Positions 9,820 through 19,893 of a DNA stretch of 64,000 bases are shown piece by piece. Position numbers and translations under genes: made by a program. Location: positions 448,001 through 512,000 of the forward strand of contig CP143273.1 in NCBI GenBank assembly GCA_051013385.1, read 5' to 3'. Below the pieces are notes generated by a model. It searched no databases and was not told the DNA's origin. It saw only the letters and a list, made by a program, of their open reading frames with translations. Within the stretch, counting starts at the first letter, position 1, and the number at the start of each line of letters is the position of its first letter. This DNA is from Phormidium sp. Its GTDB lineage: Bacteria; Cyanobacteriota; Cyanobacteriia; Cyanobacteriales; Aerosakkonemataceae.

Positions 9820-11961
9820 TTAGATTTGATTCAGGGTATTACGGATGATATCAGGAGTTAAGATTTGTGGTAACACAATTGGTTCCTGAGATTTTGTACC
9901 GGAAGGATACAACACATAAAGGGGAACTCCACTGCGCCCAAAACTACTTAATGCTTTTGTAATTGTAGCGTTACGATTTGTCCAATCTGCTTTCATCAAT
10001 GTGACACCTTTTTGTTGAAAAGCTTGTTGTACTTCTGGTTGACTAAGGGCGACTCGTTCGTTGACTAAGCAGGTGATACACCAAGAGGCAGAAAAGTTAA
10101 CAAATACAGGTTTACCAGATTGGCGGATTTCCGTCAATTTTTCTGCGGTGTAAGGTTGCCAAATAGAATTTTGGGTAGTTTGTTGGGCGGTTTTGAGGGT
10201 GGAATTTCCGGCGAGGGGTGCTAAAGTTAGGGCGAGTGCGATCGCAACTAGCGCCCCAAAAATTCCGACTTTTCGCCAAACTTTCCCCGATGTTTGCGCT
10301 TTTTGATACAACCAAGCAGCGAAACTAATTAATACGAAACCTGTTAAAACCGCTGCTAAACCATCGCTTCCAGTTTGCAAAGTTAACACCCAAACTAACC
10401 AAGCAGCAGCGCCATACATGGGGAAGGCGAGAAACTGAGAAAATGTTTCCATCCAAGCGCCTGGTTTTGGTAATTTGCGGCGCAAAGCTGGCACGAAACA
10501 AATGATTAAATAAGGTAGTGCTAAACCAAATCCTAAAACTAATAAAATGGCTATAGCAATAGGTGGAGATTGAGTAAGTGCAACTCCGATCGCAGTTGCC
10601 ATAAATGGCGCACTACAAGGAGTTGCCATTACTGTAGCAAAAACCCCAGTAAAAAACTCGCCTGTGTAGCCATTTTTCGCCGCTAAATTCTGCCCAATTC
10701 CCATTAAAGAAGCGCCAAAAACGAAGACTCCTGAAAGACTTAAACCAACGGCAAATAAGATATAAGCTAACAGCATGACAATGATGGGAGATTGGAGTTG
10801 AAAACCCCAACCTATTTGTTGCCCAAAGGATCTTAGGGTTAGGAGTGCGATCGCCAAAACCGCAAAACTAACTAACACTCCCGCAGTAAAAGCAACCCCA
10901 CTAATTCGCGCTTCTTTAGCACTTTTTTGAGCAGTTTGGGCAATACTTAAAGCCTTCAAAGATAACACAGGAAATACACAAGGCATTAAGTTAAGAACTA
11001 TCCCACCGATTAAAGCAAAAAATATCGCTTGCCAAACCGAAATGCTGCTAGTTGTAGCTGCTGTTTTTGGTGGTGTTGCTGCGGTTGCGCCGATTTTTGC
11101 TTGAATATTAAAAGCTTGAGTAGCTGATTGATTATCCAGCTTTTCTTGGATTACCAAAACCCCATCAACACTAGCAAGTTTGGGTTGATATCCTCTTTCT
11201 ATATTTAGAGTTAACCCATCTTTATTAAAGATGAATTTTTGAGGTGCGGGGTTATTAATTACTCCATCTTTGAAAGGAAAGAAAGTTACTTCTTGAATTT
11301 GCCCAGCTTGTAATTCTGGGGCGTTAACTGCGATCGTTAAATTGGTATCATTTGCTGTGGCGGTAGTTTGCCAAGGTGCAGGTTTAGGAATTGCTTGGCG
11401 AGTTTTAGTAAATGCTGTTATCCATCTTTCATCTTTGGCGGGAGTTGTTGAGGTAATGGGTAAAGTTAAACTGATATTAGCACTTTCAGGAATACAGTCT
11501 TTTTCGCAAACTAACCAATCAGCTTTACCACGAAGTAAGACGGGTTTATTTGTGGGTAAATTCGCTGGGGGGGTGATTTGAGTTAATAGGTAAACTTCGT
11601 TTTTGTAGCCGAAATTTACTAATGGGCCAAAGGGGAATCTTTTAGGGTAGGGCCATAATATTTTCCCAGCTTTAAATCCTGCTGGCAACTGCCAGTTAAT
11701 TTTAGTAATTGAACCAGAGTCGCCGGGGTTTTGCCAGTAGGTATGCCAACCTGGGCGAATTTTCATTTGTAGTGCTACCCAGAAGGGTTTTCCCGGTTGA
11801 ATGGCTTTATTTTCGCTAATTAATTGGGTTTGAACGTTGTTAGTTTTGACTGGGTTAGTTGCTGCTAAAGCGTTGGGTATTCCTAGTAAATTCCAGATGA
11901 AGAACAGAGTTGCTGTGCAAATAATCAGCCATTTTTGTATTCTGTAGGTAATTGGTTTCAT
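9820..11961 (-). CDS. dsbD: Thiol:disulfide interchange protein, DsbD family
   Basis: N-domain WHTYWQNPGDSG, transmembrane LNLMPCVFPV and ATPCSAPF, C-terminal ASWCITC thioredoxin domain. Confidence 0.9.
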   Translation of the reverse strand: MKPITYRIQKWLIICTATLFFIWNLLGIPNALAATNPVKTNNVQTQLISENKAIQPGKPFWVALQMKIRPGWHTYWQNPGDSGSITKINWQLPAGFKAGKILWPYPKRFPFGPLVNFGYKNEVYLLTQITPPANLPTNKPVLLRGKADWLVCEKDCIPESANISLTLPITSTTPAKDERWITAFTKTRQAIPKPAPWQTTATANDTNLTIAVNAPELQAGQIQEVTFFPFKDGVINNPAPQKFIFNKDGLTLNIERGYQPKLASVDGVLVIQEKLDNQSATQAFNIQAKIGATAATPPKTAATTSSISVWQAIFFALIGGIVLNLMPCVFPVLSLKALSIAQTAQKSAKEARISGVAFTAGVLVSFAVLAIALLTLRSFGQQIGWGFQLQSPIIVMLLAYILFAVGLSLSGVFVFGASLMGIGQNLAAKNGYTGEFFTGVFATVMATPCSAPFMATAIGVALTQSPPIAIAILLVLGFGLALPYLIICFVPALRRKLPKPGAWMETFSQFLAFPMYGAAAWLVWVLTLQTGSDGLAAVLTGFVLISFAAWLYQKAQTSGKVWRKVGIFGALVAIALALTLAPLAGNSTLKTAQQTTQNSIWQPYTAEKLTEIRQSGKPVFVNFSASWCITCLVNERVALSQPEVQQAFQQKGVTLMKADWTNRNATITKALSSFGRSGVPLYVLYPSGTKSQEPIVLPQILTPDIIRNTLNQI

Positions 11962-12052
11962 GAGGTAATGAGGAGTTGTTGGTTGTTCTAATTTACACAG
12001 ATAAATGCAGATGAAACCGCAGAGACGCAGAGGGCGCAGAGGAGTTTAGAGA

Positions 12053-12826
12053 ATGAAACGAATTAATAAGGTTAGTGGTTGTTTTTTTTGGTTGAGTTTT
12101 TTCCTTATTAGTAGTTTGTTTTTTGTGATTATTCCTGAGATTATACAACCTCTATTCAGAGAATTTTTGGGATTGTCTGCTGAGAGTTTGCAACCTACTG
12201 GTGAGATTCCGATTAGTGTGCGTTATTTGTTTAAAAATAAGTTTTCGCCTGGTAGTGTGTCGGTGGGGGTAGCGGAGGGAAATTTAACTCCTCAGTGTCG
12301 GGCGACTGCTATTTATCAAGGACACATTGATCCGGGTAATTTTGCGGTGAATCGGGGGTTTTGTAGTTGGAATAAGTCTACTCAAATCACGGTTGAGGAG
12401 GCGGATTTTTTGTGTTTAAATGCTTTGTTGAGACAGTCGATTGTTACTGAGAATAATCTTTTTGATTTGGGATTAAATCCGAGAATTAATCGAAAATCAA
12501 TTGTCATGGGTACGGATTTATGGAATCAGTCTAACTCGGCGGGGCCAAAATTTGCTGAAAAGTTTAAAATTGCTGTTTTAGAAAAAGGTTTAATTGGTGA
12601 AAAAGCATATATTTGGGCAAGAGTAGAAAGTTTTCGCAATCGTCAAGGTGAATTAGATGCTAGCGGGTTGTTTGGCATTTGTAGGCGGGAGGAATATTAC
12701 AAAAAACAATTAGCGGGATTAGTTCCTTCTAGTGAAGAATGGCGCTGGAATTGTATTGCTTTAGATCAAGGAAGGCGAGTTAGGGAAATATTAAAGGTTT
12801 TGCAGTCTCCAGGTTGTAAAAGCTAA
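12053..12826 (+). CDS. Hypothetical membrane-anchored protein
   Basis: 257-aa ORF with an N-terminal hydrophobic helix and a VAEGN...YQGHIDPGN segment; function not recognised. Confidence 0.65.
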   Translation: MKRINKVSGCFFWLSFFLISSLFFVIIPEIIQPLFREFLGLSAESLQPTGEIPISVRYLFKNKFSPGSVSVGVAEGNLTPQCRATAIYQGHIDPGNFAVNRGFCSWNKSTQITVEEADFLCLNALLRQSIVTENNLFDLGLNPRINRKSIVMGTDLWNQSNSAGPKFAEKFKIAVLEKGLIGEKAYIWARVESFRNRQGELDASGLFGICRREEYYKKQLAGLVPSSEEWRWNCIALDQGRRVREILKVLQSPGCKS

Positions 12827-12952
12827 ACTACTACGTGAGTCATTGAAAATATTAACTATCTTAAATTTCGCAATTCATCTCACCGTTACAGCGTAGCTTA
12901 ACGGTGAGATGAATTGCGACCAGATCGCCTCAGATTGAGCGCAGCGAATCCT

Positions 12953-12988
12953 TACAGACCTAAATCCATGATGATACATGATTGACAT
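12953..12988 (-). pseudogene. tnpA: tnpA (IS200 Y1 transposase) 5' remnant
   Basis: Minus strand reads MSIMYHHGFRSV versus MSTTYHHGFRSV of the intact tnpA at 40327, then joins sequence resembling what follows that gene's stop (GATTCGCT). Confidence 0.8.
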
Positions 12989-13036
12989 CCAATTGCGCTA
13001 AACATTATAATATTAGCATTGAGCTTCATTACGTAA

Positions 13037-14251
13037 ATGTTAACTGCGTTGAAGGTAAAAATATATCCGAATAAAGAACAGCAAATAGCCTTAGCGAAAA
13101 ACTTTGGCTGTTGTCGCTTTGTCCGCAATTATTACCTCAATAAATCCAATGCTCAATATCAAGAAACTGGGAAGGGGATGAGTTATTGCGACATGGCAAA
13201 AGACTTAACCCAACTCAAAAAGCAACCTGAACTTTCTTGGTTAAAGGAAGCAGTAGCCACTACACTCCAGCAATCGTTGATGGATCTGGGAACTGCATTC
13301 ATCAACTTCTTGGAAGTCAGGGCGAAATTCCCTAACTTTAAAAGCAAGCATGATAAACAATCCCTGAGATACCCTGAAGGTTGCTCGATTCAGAAGAAAG
13401 ATATTAAGCTTCCCAAAATAGGCATTGTTAAGGCAGCGATTTCTAAAAAGATTGATGGCAAGATTAAGTCTGTGACTATTAGCAAGACAAGCACAGACAA
13501 ATATTACGCATCAATCTTATTTGAAGTTGCTGATGACCCAAAAGAAAAGGATGGAAAAATATCTGGAATCGACTTAGGGTTAAATAGTTTAGTGACGGTG
13601 TTTGATGGGGAGACAACTTATAAAGTTGATCCAGTTAAAACCACCAAGAAATATGCTAAACGCCTAAGACGCAGACAACAATCTCTGTCTCGCAAAAAGA
13701 AAGGTTCCAATAATCGCAGAAAACAGGCTAAACGGGTAGCCAAAGTTCATGAAAAGATAGGGAATACAAGACTTGATTTCCTCCATAAACTCTCTCGTAA
13801 ATTAGTTGACAAAAACCAAGTCATTGTAGTGGAAGACCTTTGTGTTAAAGGGATGGCACGCACCAAGATGGCAAAATCGGTCTTAGATGCTGGTTTTGGG
13901 ATGTTGGTAAACTTCCTAGACTACAAGTTGAAAAGAGAGGGAGGAAAACTTGTGGAAGTTGATAGATTCTTTCCCAGTACAAAGCTTTGTAATTGCTGCA
14001 AATACAAGAATAATTCACTCACTTTAAAAGACAGAGAATGGACTTGTCCGAAGTGTAGAATTCGTCACGATAGAGATGAAAACGCAGCGATAAATATCAG
14101 GTCAGAAGGGATACGAATACTGTCAACAAATACTGTGGGACACACAGAATTTCAAGCTTGTGGAGAGGGTGTAAGACTCGCTGGTAAAAGTAGAAATACT
14201 AGTGCTAGAAAGCGACGCTCGATGAAACAAGAATCTCCCGCCACAGCGTAG
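13037..14251 (+). CDS. tnpB: RNA-guided endonuclease TnpB (IS200/IS605)
   Basis: HTH N-terminus, RuvC motifs GIDLG / VVEDL / DRDENAA, zinc ribbon CNCC...CPKC. Confidence 0.95.
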   Translation: MLTALKVKIYPNKEQQIALAKNFGCCRFVRNYYLNKSNAQYQETGKGMSYCDMAKDLTQLKKQPELSWLKEAVATTLQQSLMDLGTAFINFLEVRAKFPNFKSKHDKQSLRYPEGCSIQKKDIKLPKIGIVKAAISKKIDGKIKSVTISKTSTDKYYASILFEVADDPKEKDGKISGIDLGLNSLVTVFDGETTYKVDPVKTTKKYAKRLRRRQQSLSRKKKGSNNRRKQAKRVAKVHEKIGNTRLDFLHKLSRKLVDKNQVIVVEDLCVKGMARTKMAKSVLDAGFGMLVNFLDYKLKREGGKLVEVDRFFPSTKLCNCCKYKNNSLTLKDREWTCPKCRIRHDRDENAAINIRSEGIRILSTNTVGHTEFQACGEGVRLAGKSRNTSARKRRSMKQESPATA

Positions 14252-14316
14252 CGCAGTGCGGTGAGAGTGTCAAATGATGTATTGTATTTCATTATTTCAA
14301 TACCAGGATTTTTCTA

Positions 14317-15297
14317 ATGAAAAAATTGTTCAGGCTTTCCTTTGTAGCGCTATTAACGGCGTTAATGCTAATATTGGGCAATTCTGTGCTAGAAAAATCT
14401 GTGACTGCACAGGAAGTGGTATCTATTCTCACCGCAGGTAAAAATAGTTTCTACTATCAAGCTGCTAGTGAATTGCAAAGTAGTCTCAAAGATAGCGGGT
14501 TTTCTCTGAATATCAAGGAATCTTCTGGTTCATCAGAAAATCTGGAAGAATTAGGAAAAGGTGCTTCTGATTTAGCATTTGCCCAACAAGATGCTATGTT
14601 ATTACTCCGCAATCTAACCGATCAAAACTTAGCTCAATTAGCAAATAACATTAATGTTTTTGCTCCGATAAATAATGAAGCAATTCACATAATTGTTAAC
14701 CCTAATTCTAACATCAAAGAGGTGAAAGATTTGGCTGGTAAACGAGTAGCAGTAGGGCCAGAAAAGTCGGGAACTTATATTAGTGCAATTTTGATCTATC
14801 AAATTAGCGATTTGGATGTAACTGCTGAACAAATTATTCCAATGGAAGTTGCAGAAGGGATTGATAAGGTAAGCAAGGGAGAACTTGATGCGGCTTTTTA
14901 CACTGCTGCTGTCGGCGCACCTTTGCTGAAAAAAATTAATGCTCAACAAGGTGCAAAAATTAAATTACTTTCGATCGATCGACAATTTTTGCAAGAGAAT
15001 CAAAAAGAGTTAGTGGGAGATACTGTTTTATATACACCAACCAAAATTACGGCAAAAACCTATCCTTGGCAAAAGCAAGAAGTTGATACTATTTCTACTT
15101 CTTCTTTTCTTTATGTCAACAAATCTCTTGAACCCCAAAAAGCTTACAATTTAGCTAAAGCTGTTTATCCTAAAGGCGCGGCTTTAAAAGCTAAAGATAC
15201 TTTTTGGAATGAGTTTAGTATTGCCAAAGCCAAAAGTCAGGTAAAAGCAGGATTAAATTATCATCCGGGAGTGAAAAAGTTTTTAGAAGAATCTTAA
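14317..15297 (+). CDS. TAXI family TRAP transporter solute-binding subunit
   Basis: Signal peptide, SSGSSENL, DLAFAQQD, GKRVAVGPEKSGT and C-terminal HPGV. Confidence 0.85.
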   Translation: MKKLFRLSFVALLTALMLILGNSVLEKSVTAQEVVSILTAGKNSFYYQAASELQSSLKDSGFSLNIKESSGSSENLEELGKGASDLAFAQQDAMLLLRNLTDQNLAQLANNINVFAPINNEAIHIIVNPNSNIKEVKDLAGKRVAVGPEKSGTYISAILIYQISDLDVTAEQIIPMEVAEGIDKVSKGELDAAFYTAAVGAPLLKKINAQQGAKIKLLSIDRQFLQENQKELVGDTVLYTPTKITAKTYPWQKQEVDTISTSSFLYVNKSLEPQKAYNLAKAVYPKGAALKAKDTFWNEFSIAKAKSQVKAGLNYHPGVKKFLEES

Positions 15298-15332
15298 TTG
15301 GTAGGATGAATTTAGTTAAAGGTGATTTCCGA

Positions 15333-16604
15333 TTAAACTGCGGTTTTTAATTCAGAAATTGCCTTTAATACTTGTTCCATTTGTTCAGGAGTGTTATAAA
15401 TTCCCGGAGTTAAACGGGCGTGAGATGGAGAATAAGGGGTTTGGGTAGCAATTATATTACGTTGTCGCAGTTGTTCTACTACTTGGGCGGGAGTCATTCC
15501 ATCAATATCAAAACAGACAATTCCGGCGGAAAGATTTTGACTCATTGGAGTGTAAAGAATGACGTGAGACATTTTCGCCAATCCTTCTTTTAACTGCTGA
15601 CTAAGTTGGTAAATATGGGCGGTAATTTGAGCTTTTCCTAATTGTTGATGGAATTCAAAAGCTTGCGCCATTGCCCATAAATGTTCAAAGGGTTTGTAAC
15701 CCCCTGGCGACATTAAACCGCCCCAACCTGCGCCTCTAGAAAAGCTGGGAATTGTCGGGGGAACTGCTGCTTGACTGCGCGGATTTCCCCAAATTATTCC
15801 TGTACCACGAGGCGCGAACATCCATTTATGTGTTCCGGCGCTAAAGAAATCACAATTTAAGTCATTCATGGTGGCATTTTCTACTCCGAAACCATGCACT
15901 CCGTCAAGGAAGAAAATTATGCGATCGCTCTCTCCCCTGCTAGAATTAATCTCAGCTAATCTATCCGCAATTTGCCTAACTGGTACTTTTAATCCAGTGC
16001 TAGAATGTACCCAAGTTGCTGTTACTAACCGAGTTTGGGGACGAACTGCATTAATTAAACTATCAACTATTTCCGCTTCCGAAACTGTGTTCAGATCTCG
16101 AAACAGAGAAATTGTTTGAATTGTTGCACCAGTTCTCGCCGCTTTGTAACGCAAGGATTCACGAGTTGAATAATAATCAGATTCGCTGATTAGCATTTCT
16201 TGATTTGGGCGAATTTCCAACCCATTAATTACTAATCCCGTTCCCATTGTGGTACTGTCGGTAATAGCAATATCATTCGGTTGTGTTCCCATATAATTTG
16301 CTGCTGCTTGGCGTACTGCTGCGGCTAAACGAGGGTTATTTTCCTGTACATAAACGGCAGGATTTTCATTCAGGGCGCTACGATGTTGTTCAATTGCATT
16401 GTGAACTGGTAAAGGATGGGAAGCAATTAAAAGCCCCGCAACATGAATGTAATTAGGGTCAAGATTGAAGTAGCTGCGAACATTTTGCCAACTGACAATA
16501 TTCTCTGCTGCTGATGTTTTTTCGCTGTGAATGCTGTTAGCAAGAGTGGTAACAGTTGCGCCTAAACCTGCGGAAAAAAGAAAATTTCTGCGACTCCAAG
16601 ACAT
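15333..16604 (-). CDS. Tat-exported class V PLP-dependent aminotransferase (PvdN-like)
   Basis: SRRNFL twin-arginine motif, DGVHGFG and PLP lysine in GTHKWMFAPRGTG. Confidence 0.85.
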   Translation of the reverse strand: MSWSRRNFLFSAGLGATVTTLANSIHSEKTSAAENIVSWQNVRSYFNLDPNYIHVAGLLIASHPLPVHNAIEQHRSALNENPAVYVQENNPRLAAAVRQAAANYMGTQPNDIAITDSTTMGTGLVINGLEIRPNQEMLISESDYYSTRESLRYKAARTGATIQTISLFRDLNTVSEAEIVDSLINAVRPQTRLVTATWVHSSTGLKVPVRQIADRLAEINSSRGESDRIIFFLDGVHGFGVENATMNDLNCDFFSAGTHKWMFAPRGTGIIWGNPRSQAAVPPTIPSFSRGAGWGGLMSPGGYKPFEHLWAMAQAFEFHQQLGKAQITAHIYQLSQQLKEGLAKMSHVILYTPMSQNLSAGIVCFDIDGMTPAQVVEQLRQRNIIATQTPYSPSHARLTPGIYNTPEQMEQVLKAISELKTAV

Positions 16605-16752
16605 AGATAGTACCTGTAATTAATTATTTGTTAGTTTAGCTTGTAGGGGTGCAGAAGTGCAGAGAAAAAAATCCTATTTAAATTGTAAACTCCTCCTTTT
16701 CTTCTCTCTGCGTCCTCTGCGTCTCTGTGGTTCAAAAAATTATTTATACTGA

Positions 16753-16880
16753 TAAGTTGTTACGCATTTAAATCACTTATTAACGAGTAGGGTGCGTCAG
16801 ACGGTAAAGCCTTATATAGAAAGGAAAATATCCCCTTCTGACGCACCCTACCATAAGACTTTTAAATGCGTAACAGCTTA
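16753..16880. mobile_element. TA-flanked MITE (IS630-like) with internal palindrome
   Basis: TAAGTTGTTACGCATTTAAA ... TTTAAATGCGTAACAGCTTA, with GTAGGGTGCGTCAG/CTGACGCACCCTAC inside. Confidence 0.7.
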
Positions 16881-17132
16881 AACCTCTGCACCCAACGCTT
16901 TTAACGTCGCCTTTTCTGCTTCATTTAACCCCGTAATTCCGGTAATATTCATACCTTCATAAGGTCTTTTTGCCTGTAAAGTTCGTAAACATTCACCTGT
17001 TTGAACATCCCAAATTTTAATAGTTCCGTCTGCGCTTCCACTGGCGATCGCATTTCCCCCAATAGAAAAAGCCAGAGTACGTATTTGATTAGTATGTCCT
17101 GGCAAAACTTTCATACATTGTAAATTCTCATG
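16878..17132 (-). pseudogene. C-terminal fragment of a WD40-repeat protein (NACHT/NB-ARC-WD40 type)
   Basis: One WD40 repeat (GHTNQIRTLAFS...ASGSADGTIKIWDV) plus the RPYEGMNITGITGL...LKALGA tail typical of these proteins; no N-terminal domains. Confidence 0.8.
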
Positions 17133-17294
17133 TCATTTTCCCCCTAAAATCCCCACATAAAATTCCAAAGCTTTTTCCATGTCATCAACGGTAATCCCAA
17201 AATGTTGCACTCCTTGCAAATATTGGCTGAGGCTGGATTTAGTATTTTTACCGTTTAATGAATTGGCAACTTGCTTATCAATAAGTAGTGACAT
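17133..17294 (-). pseudogene. N-terminal fragment of a VOC/glyoxalase family protein
   Basis: AAGGAG RBS, then MSLLID...LQGVQHFGITVDDMEKALEFYVGILGGK* (53 aa); stops after the first VOC beta-alpha unit. Confidence 0.7.
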
Positions 17295-17430
17295 AGTTAA
17301 GACTCCTTGCAACTAATTTCAGTTTCGTTGATGCAGGAGTCTTTGTCGTTACAGGAAAGTTCTGTCAATGTTCAGTAAATGTTCAGTTGTGGGGAAGGCA
17401 GAGGGCAGAAGGTTTTGAAGAAGGGAAAAA

Positions 17431-17620
17431 GCCCGCCCGGAAATCAATTTCCGGGCTAATAGCTAAAGTCCATTAAAATGGACTTTAGCTTTTGAATCCT
17501 AAGTATTTAGTCCTCTTCAGAGGACTTTCGCTATTAGCCTGCGAATTGATTCGCAGGCGGATGTTGGGACTGGTGCAAGATTCGCAGGCGGATGTTGGGA
17601 CTGGTGTAATATTTGAGTGA
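17431..17620. repeat. Dispersed palindromic repeat family (GCTAATAGCTAAAGTCC...GGACTTTCGCTATTAGC)
   Basis: Near-identical copy at about 59618-59778; partial copies at about 30805-30858 and 56862-56906. Confidence 0.8.
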
Positions 17621-17676
17621 AAGGGGAAAAGATGAAATTAATCTTGTTCATCCTTCCCCCTTTTAATTCAAATTAA

Positions 17677-18321
17677 TTAAAACTCTTCACCACGTTCAGC
17701 TTTGGCTTTAGCTTTTGCTTTGTTTGCGCTACGTTTTAAAGCTTGCAGTCTAGCTTCGTAGCGACTGCGTTGGCGCTTGTTGTTGCTTTGATCGAGCAGA
17801 GTTTTCAAAGCACTACCTAAACTTTTGTAGGCGTTGGGGAGTGTGTACCCAAAACGGGTGGCGAGAGCGATCGCTTTTTCATCAGCATCGATCGCTTCTT
17901 TAATTGTGCGTTCCCCGTTGTTCTTCTGATACAATCTCCAACCAGAAACGCCGCACAGCGCCAACGCCAACAATAACAGCAACCCATCTTGTACCCAAAG
18001 TTCACCGACAGCGCCACCTAAACCGATCGCTAACGCCGCCATTTCCCAACCATCTTTCGGGATCGTATCGTTTTGAATGCGAGCAACTTCGTGCCAAAAC
18101 ACCAAATTCCGCTGATCTAACGCCAGCTGATCCCAGCGTACTAAATCAATTTGAATCTCTACCTGATCTTTACCGATTTCTTCACAGCGGATCAGGGGTG
18201 GATTGATTTCAGTCGTTCCCTCAACCGTCACCCAACTCTGCATTTCTGGCGGCAACAGACTCTTCAAACGCCGCAATTCACTCATTTCGGATCTAGCAGA
18301 GGAGGTTACATAGGATGTCAT
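17677..18321 (-). CDS. DUF3318 domain protein
   Basis: 214 aa; ELRRLKSLLPPE, FWHEVARIQ and two transmembrane segments. Confidence 0.8.
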   Translation of the reverse strand: MTSYVTSSARSEMSELRRLKSLLPPEMQSWVTVEGTTEINPPLIRCEEIGKDQVEIQIDLVRWDQLALDQRNLVFWHEVARIQNDTIPKDGWEMAALAIGLGGAVGELWVQDGLLLLLALALCGVSGWRLYQKNNGERTIKEAIDADEKAIALATRFGYTLPNAYKSLGSALKTLLDQSNNKRQRSRYEARLQALKRSANKAKAKAKAERGEEF

Positions 18322-18548
18322 AATTCCAGCCCCAGAAAATTAGCAGCAAATAAAAAGGCTCTCTATTTTAGGAGTATACCTTGTAATGTGCGGGATTGGG
18401 GGTTAAGGGAGTTCTGAGTTTTGAGTTTTGAGTTTTGAGTTGTAGGGGCGGGTTTAGCAGAAAATTCTTGACTCACAGCAGAAGAATTAACAACAAAACC
18501 CGCCCGGGAGAGAGTTTTGAATTTTTCTCTCCCCTGCACCCCTGCCCC

Positions 18549-19505
18549 TTAACCCCGATCGTGCGGTGAGTCAAGGTCAATTATCGGCCCTTTGGGAACG
18601 ATGCGAGTCGGGTTAATTTTGTTGTGACTGATGTAATAATGCCGTTTAATGTGGTCAAGATTGCAAGTTTCCTTAACTCCGGGAATTTGGTAAAGTTCTT
18701 TCAGGTAATTCCAGAGGTTTGAATAATCCCAAATATGGCGTAAGTTGCATTTAAAATGACCGTAGTAAACCGGGTCGAAACGCAATAGAGTAGTGAACAT
18801 ACACCAGTCAGCTTCGGTGATTTGTTCGCCGCACAAATACCTTTGCTTTCCTAAAACTTCATTCCAATAATCGAGGGCGTTAAATAAATCGGTTAGTCCC
18901 TCTTCGTAAGCGGTTTGACTAGTGGCAAATCCAGCCCGATAAACGCCATTGTTAATTGGTTGGTAAATTTTGTCAATGGTTTGCTCAATTACTTCTCGCA
19001 AATTCTCAGGATAAAAATTCCCATCTGACTTAGCGAAATCCTGAAATTGGGTATCAAATATCTTGATTATTTCACGGGATTCGTTATTTACGATCGTCCC
19101 CGTTTGCTTATCCCAAAGTACGGGAACTGTTACTCGTCCCTCGTATTTTTCATCCCCCTTAAGATAGATTTGCCAGAGATAATCTGTACCATTAACAGTG
19201 TCGGGAATACATCCAGGTTCTTCGGAAAATTCCCAACTGTTTTGCTCAATTACTGGGTGTACAACTGAAAGACCAATTACATCTTCTAAACCTTTCAATT
19301 TCCGCATGATAGCGGTGCGATGCGCCCAAGGACAAGCCCAAGAAATATATAAATGATAACGTCCTGCTTCCGCTTTAAAACCGCTTGAACCATCAGCTGT
19401 AATTTGGTTGCGGAAAGTGGTTGCCGGACGAATAAATTTGCCATGAGAGTCTTCTTGTTCTCGTTCTGATACCCATCGACCGTCAGCGAGTAAACCCAAT
19501 CCCAT
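18549..19505 (-). CDS. Glutathionyl-hydroquinone reductase (GST Xi class, YqjG/ECM4-like)
   Basis: CPWAHR active site, RVTVPVLWDK, NNES and NNGVYRAGFA. Confidence 0.92.
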   Translation of the reverse strand: MGLGLLADGRWVSEREQEDSHGKFIRPATTFRNQITADGSSGFKAEAGRYHLYISWACPWAHRTAIMRKLKGLEDVIGLSVVHPVIEQNSWEFSEEPGCIPDTVNGTDYLWQIYLKGDEKYEGRVTVPVLWDKQTGTIVNNESREIIKIFDTQFQDFAKSDGNFYPENLREVIEQTIDKIYQPINNGVYRAGFATSQTAYEEGLTDLFNALDYWNEVLGKQRYLCGEQITEADWCMFTTLLRFDPVYYGHFKCNLRHIWDYSNLWNYLKELYQIPGVKETCNLDHIKRHYYISHNKINPTRIVPKGPIIDLDSPHDRG

Positions 19506-19519
19506 AATTAACTCCTTGT

Positions 19520-19696
19520 TTAGGATCGATCGTCCGAAGTTTTATTACCTGCGATCGCTTCTACTATACCCCAAACTGTCCACAGAAAAGCCGCTCCGAT
19601 CAGGAAAAGCATGATACCGCTTAAAGCACCAAAGGGATAAATCAGGAATAAGAGTAACAAAGCAAACAGTACTATTCGGATGATTGCGTTATTCAT
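19520..19696 (-). CDS. Small membrane protein (58 aa)
   Basis: Below the ORF-track cutoff: MNNAIIRIVLFALLLLFLIYPFGALSGIMLFLIGAAFLWTVWGIVEAIAGNKTSDDRS*; ends 14 nt before the GST start. Confidence 0.6.
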   Translation of the reverse strand: MNNAIIRIVLFALLLLFLIYPFGALSGIMLFLIGAAFLWTVWGIVEAIAGNKTSDDRS

Positions 19697-19893
19697 GGAT
19701 TTAATGTTTGTTAGATTACAAAGTTACTAATTCAGGGTATCTTGGTAGGGTTGGCGATCGTTTCCCCCTAAAAGATGATATTTTTTATTCGTTTGTTGTA
19801 ACGACTTCAGTGGTTTAATTTAAAATAAGGGAACACTAAAGTGTTCACAACGAACTGTGATATGATAAGTGGCGAATCTAAAAGCGAAGGATT

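Larger units (their letters stand above)
12860..14273 (+). mobile_element. IS200/IS605-family element, non-autonomous (tnpA deleted)
   Basis: Left subterminal hairpin TCGCAATTCATCTCACCGTTA...TAACGGTGAGATGAATTGCGA; right end ...GAGAGTGTCAA at 14273; tnpB inside. Left boundary uncertain by 1 nt. Confidence 0.85.

Noticed and set aside
18413..18441. TTTTGAG heptamer run
   Set aside because: Ordinary cyanobacterial short tandem repeat
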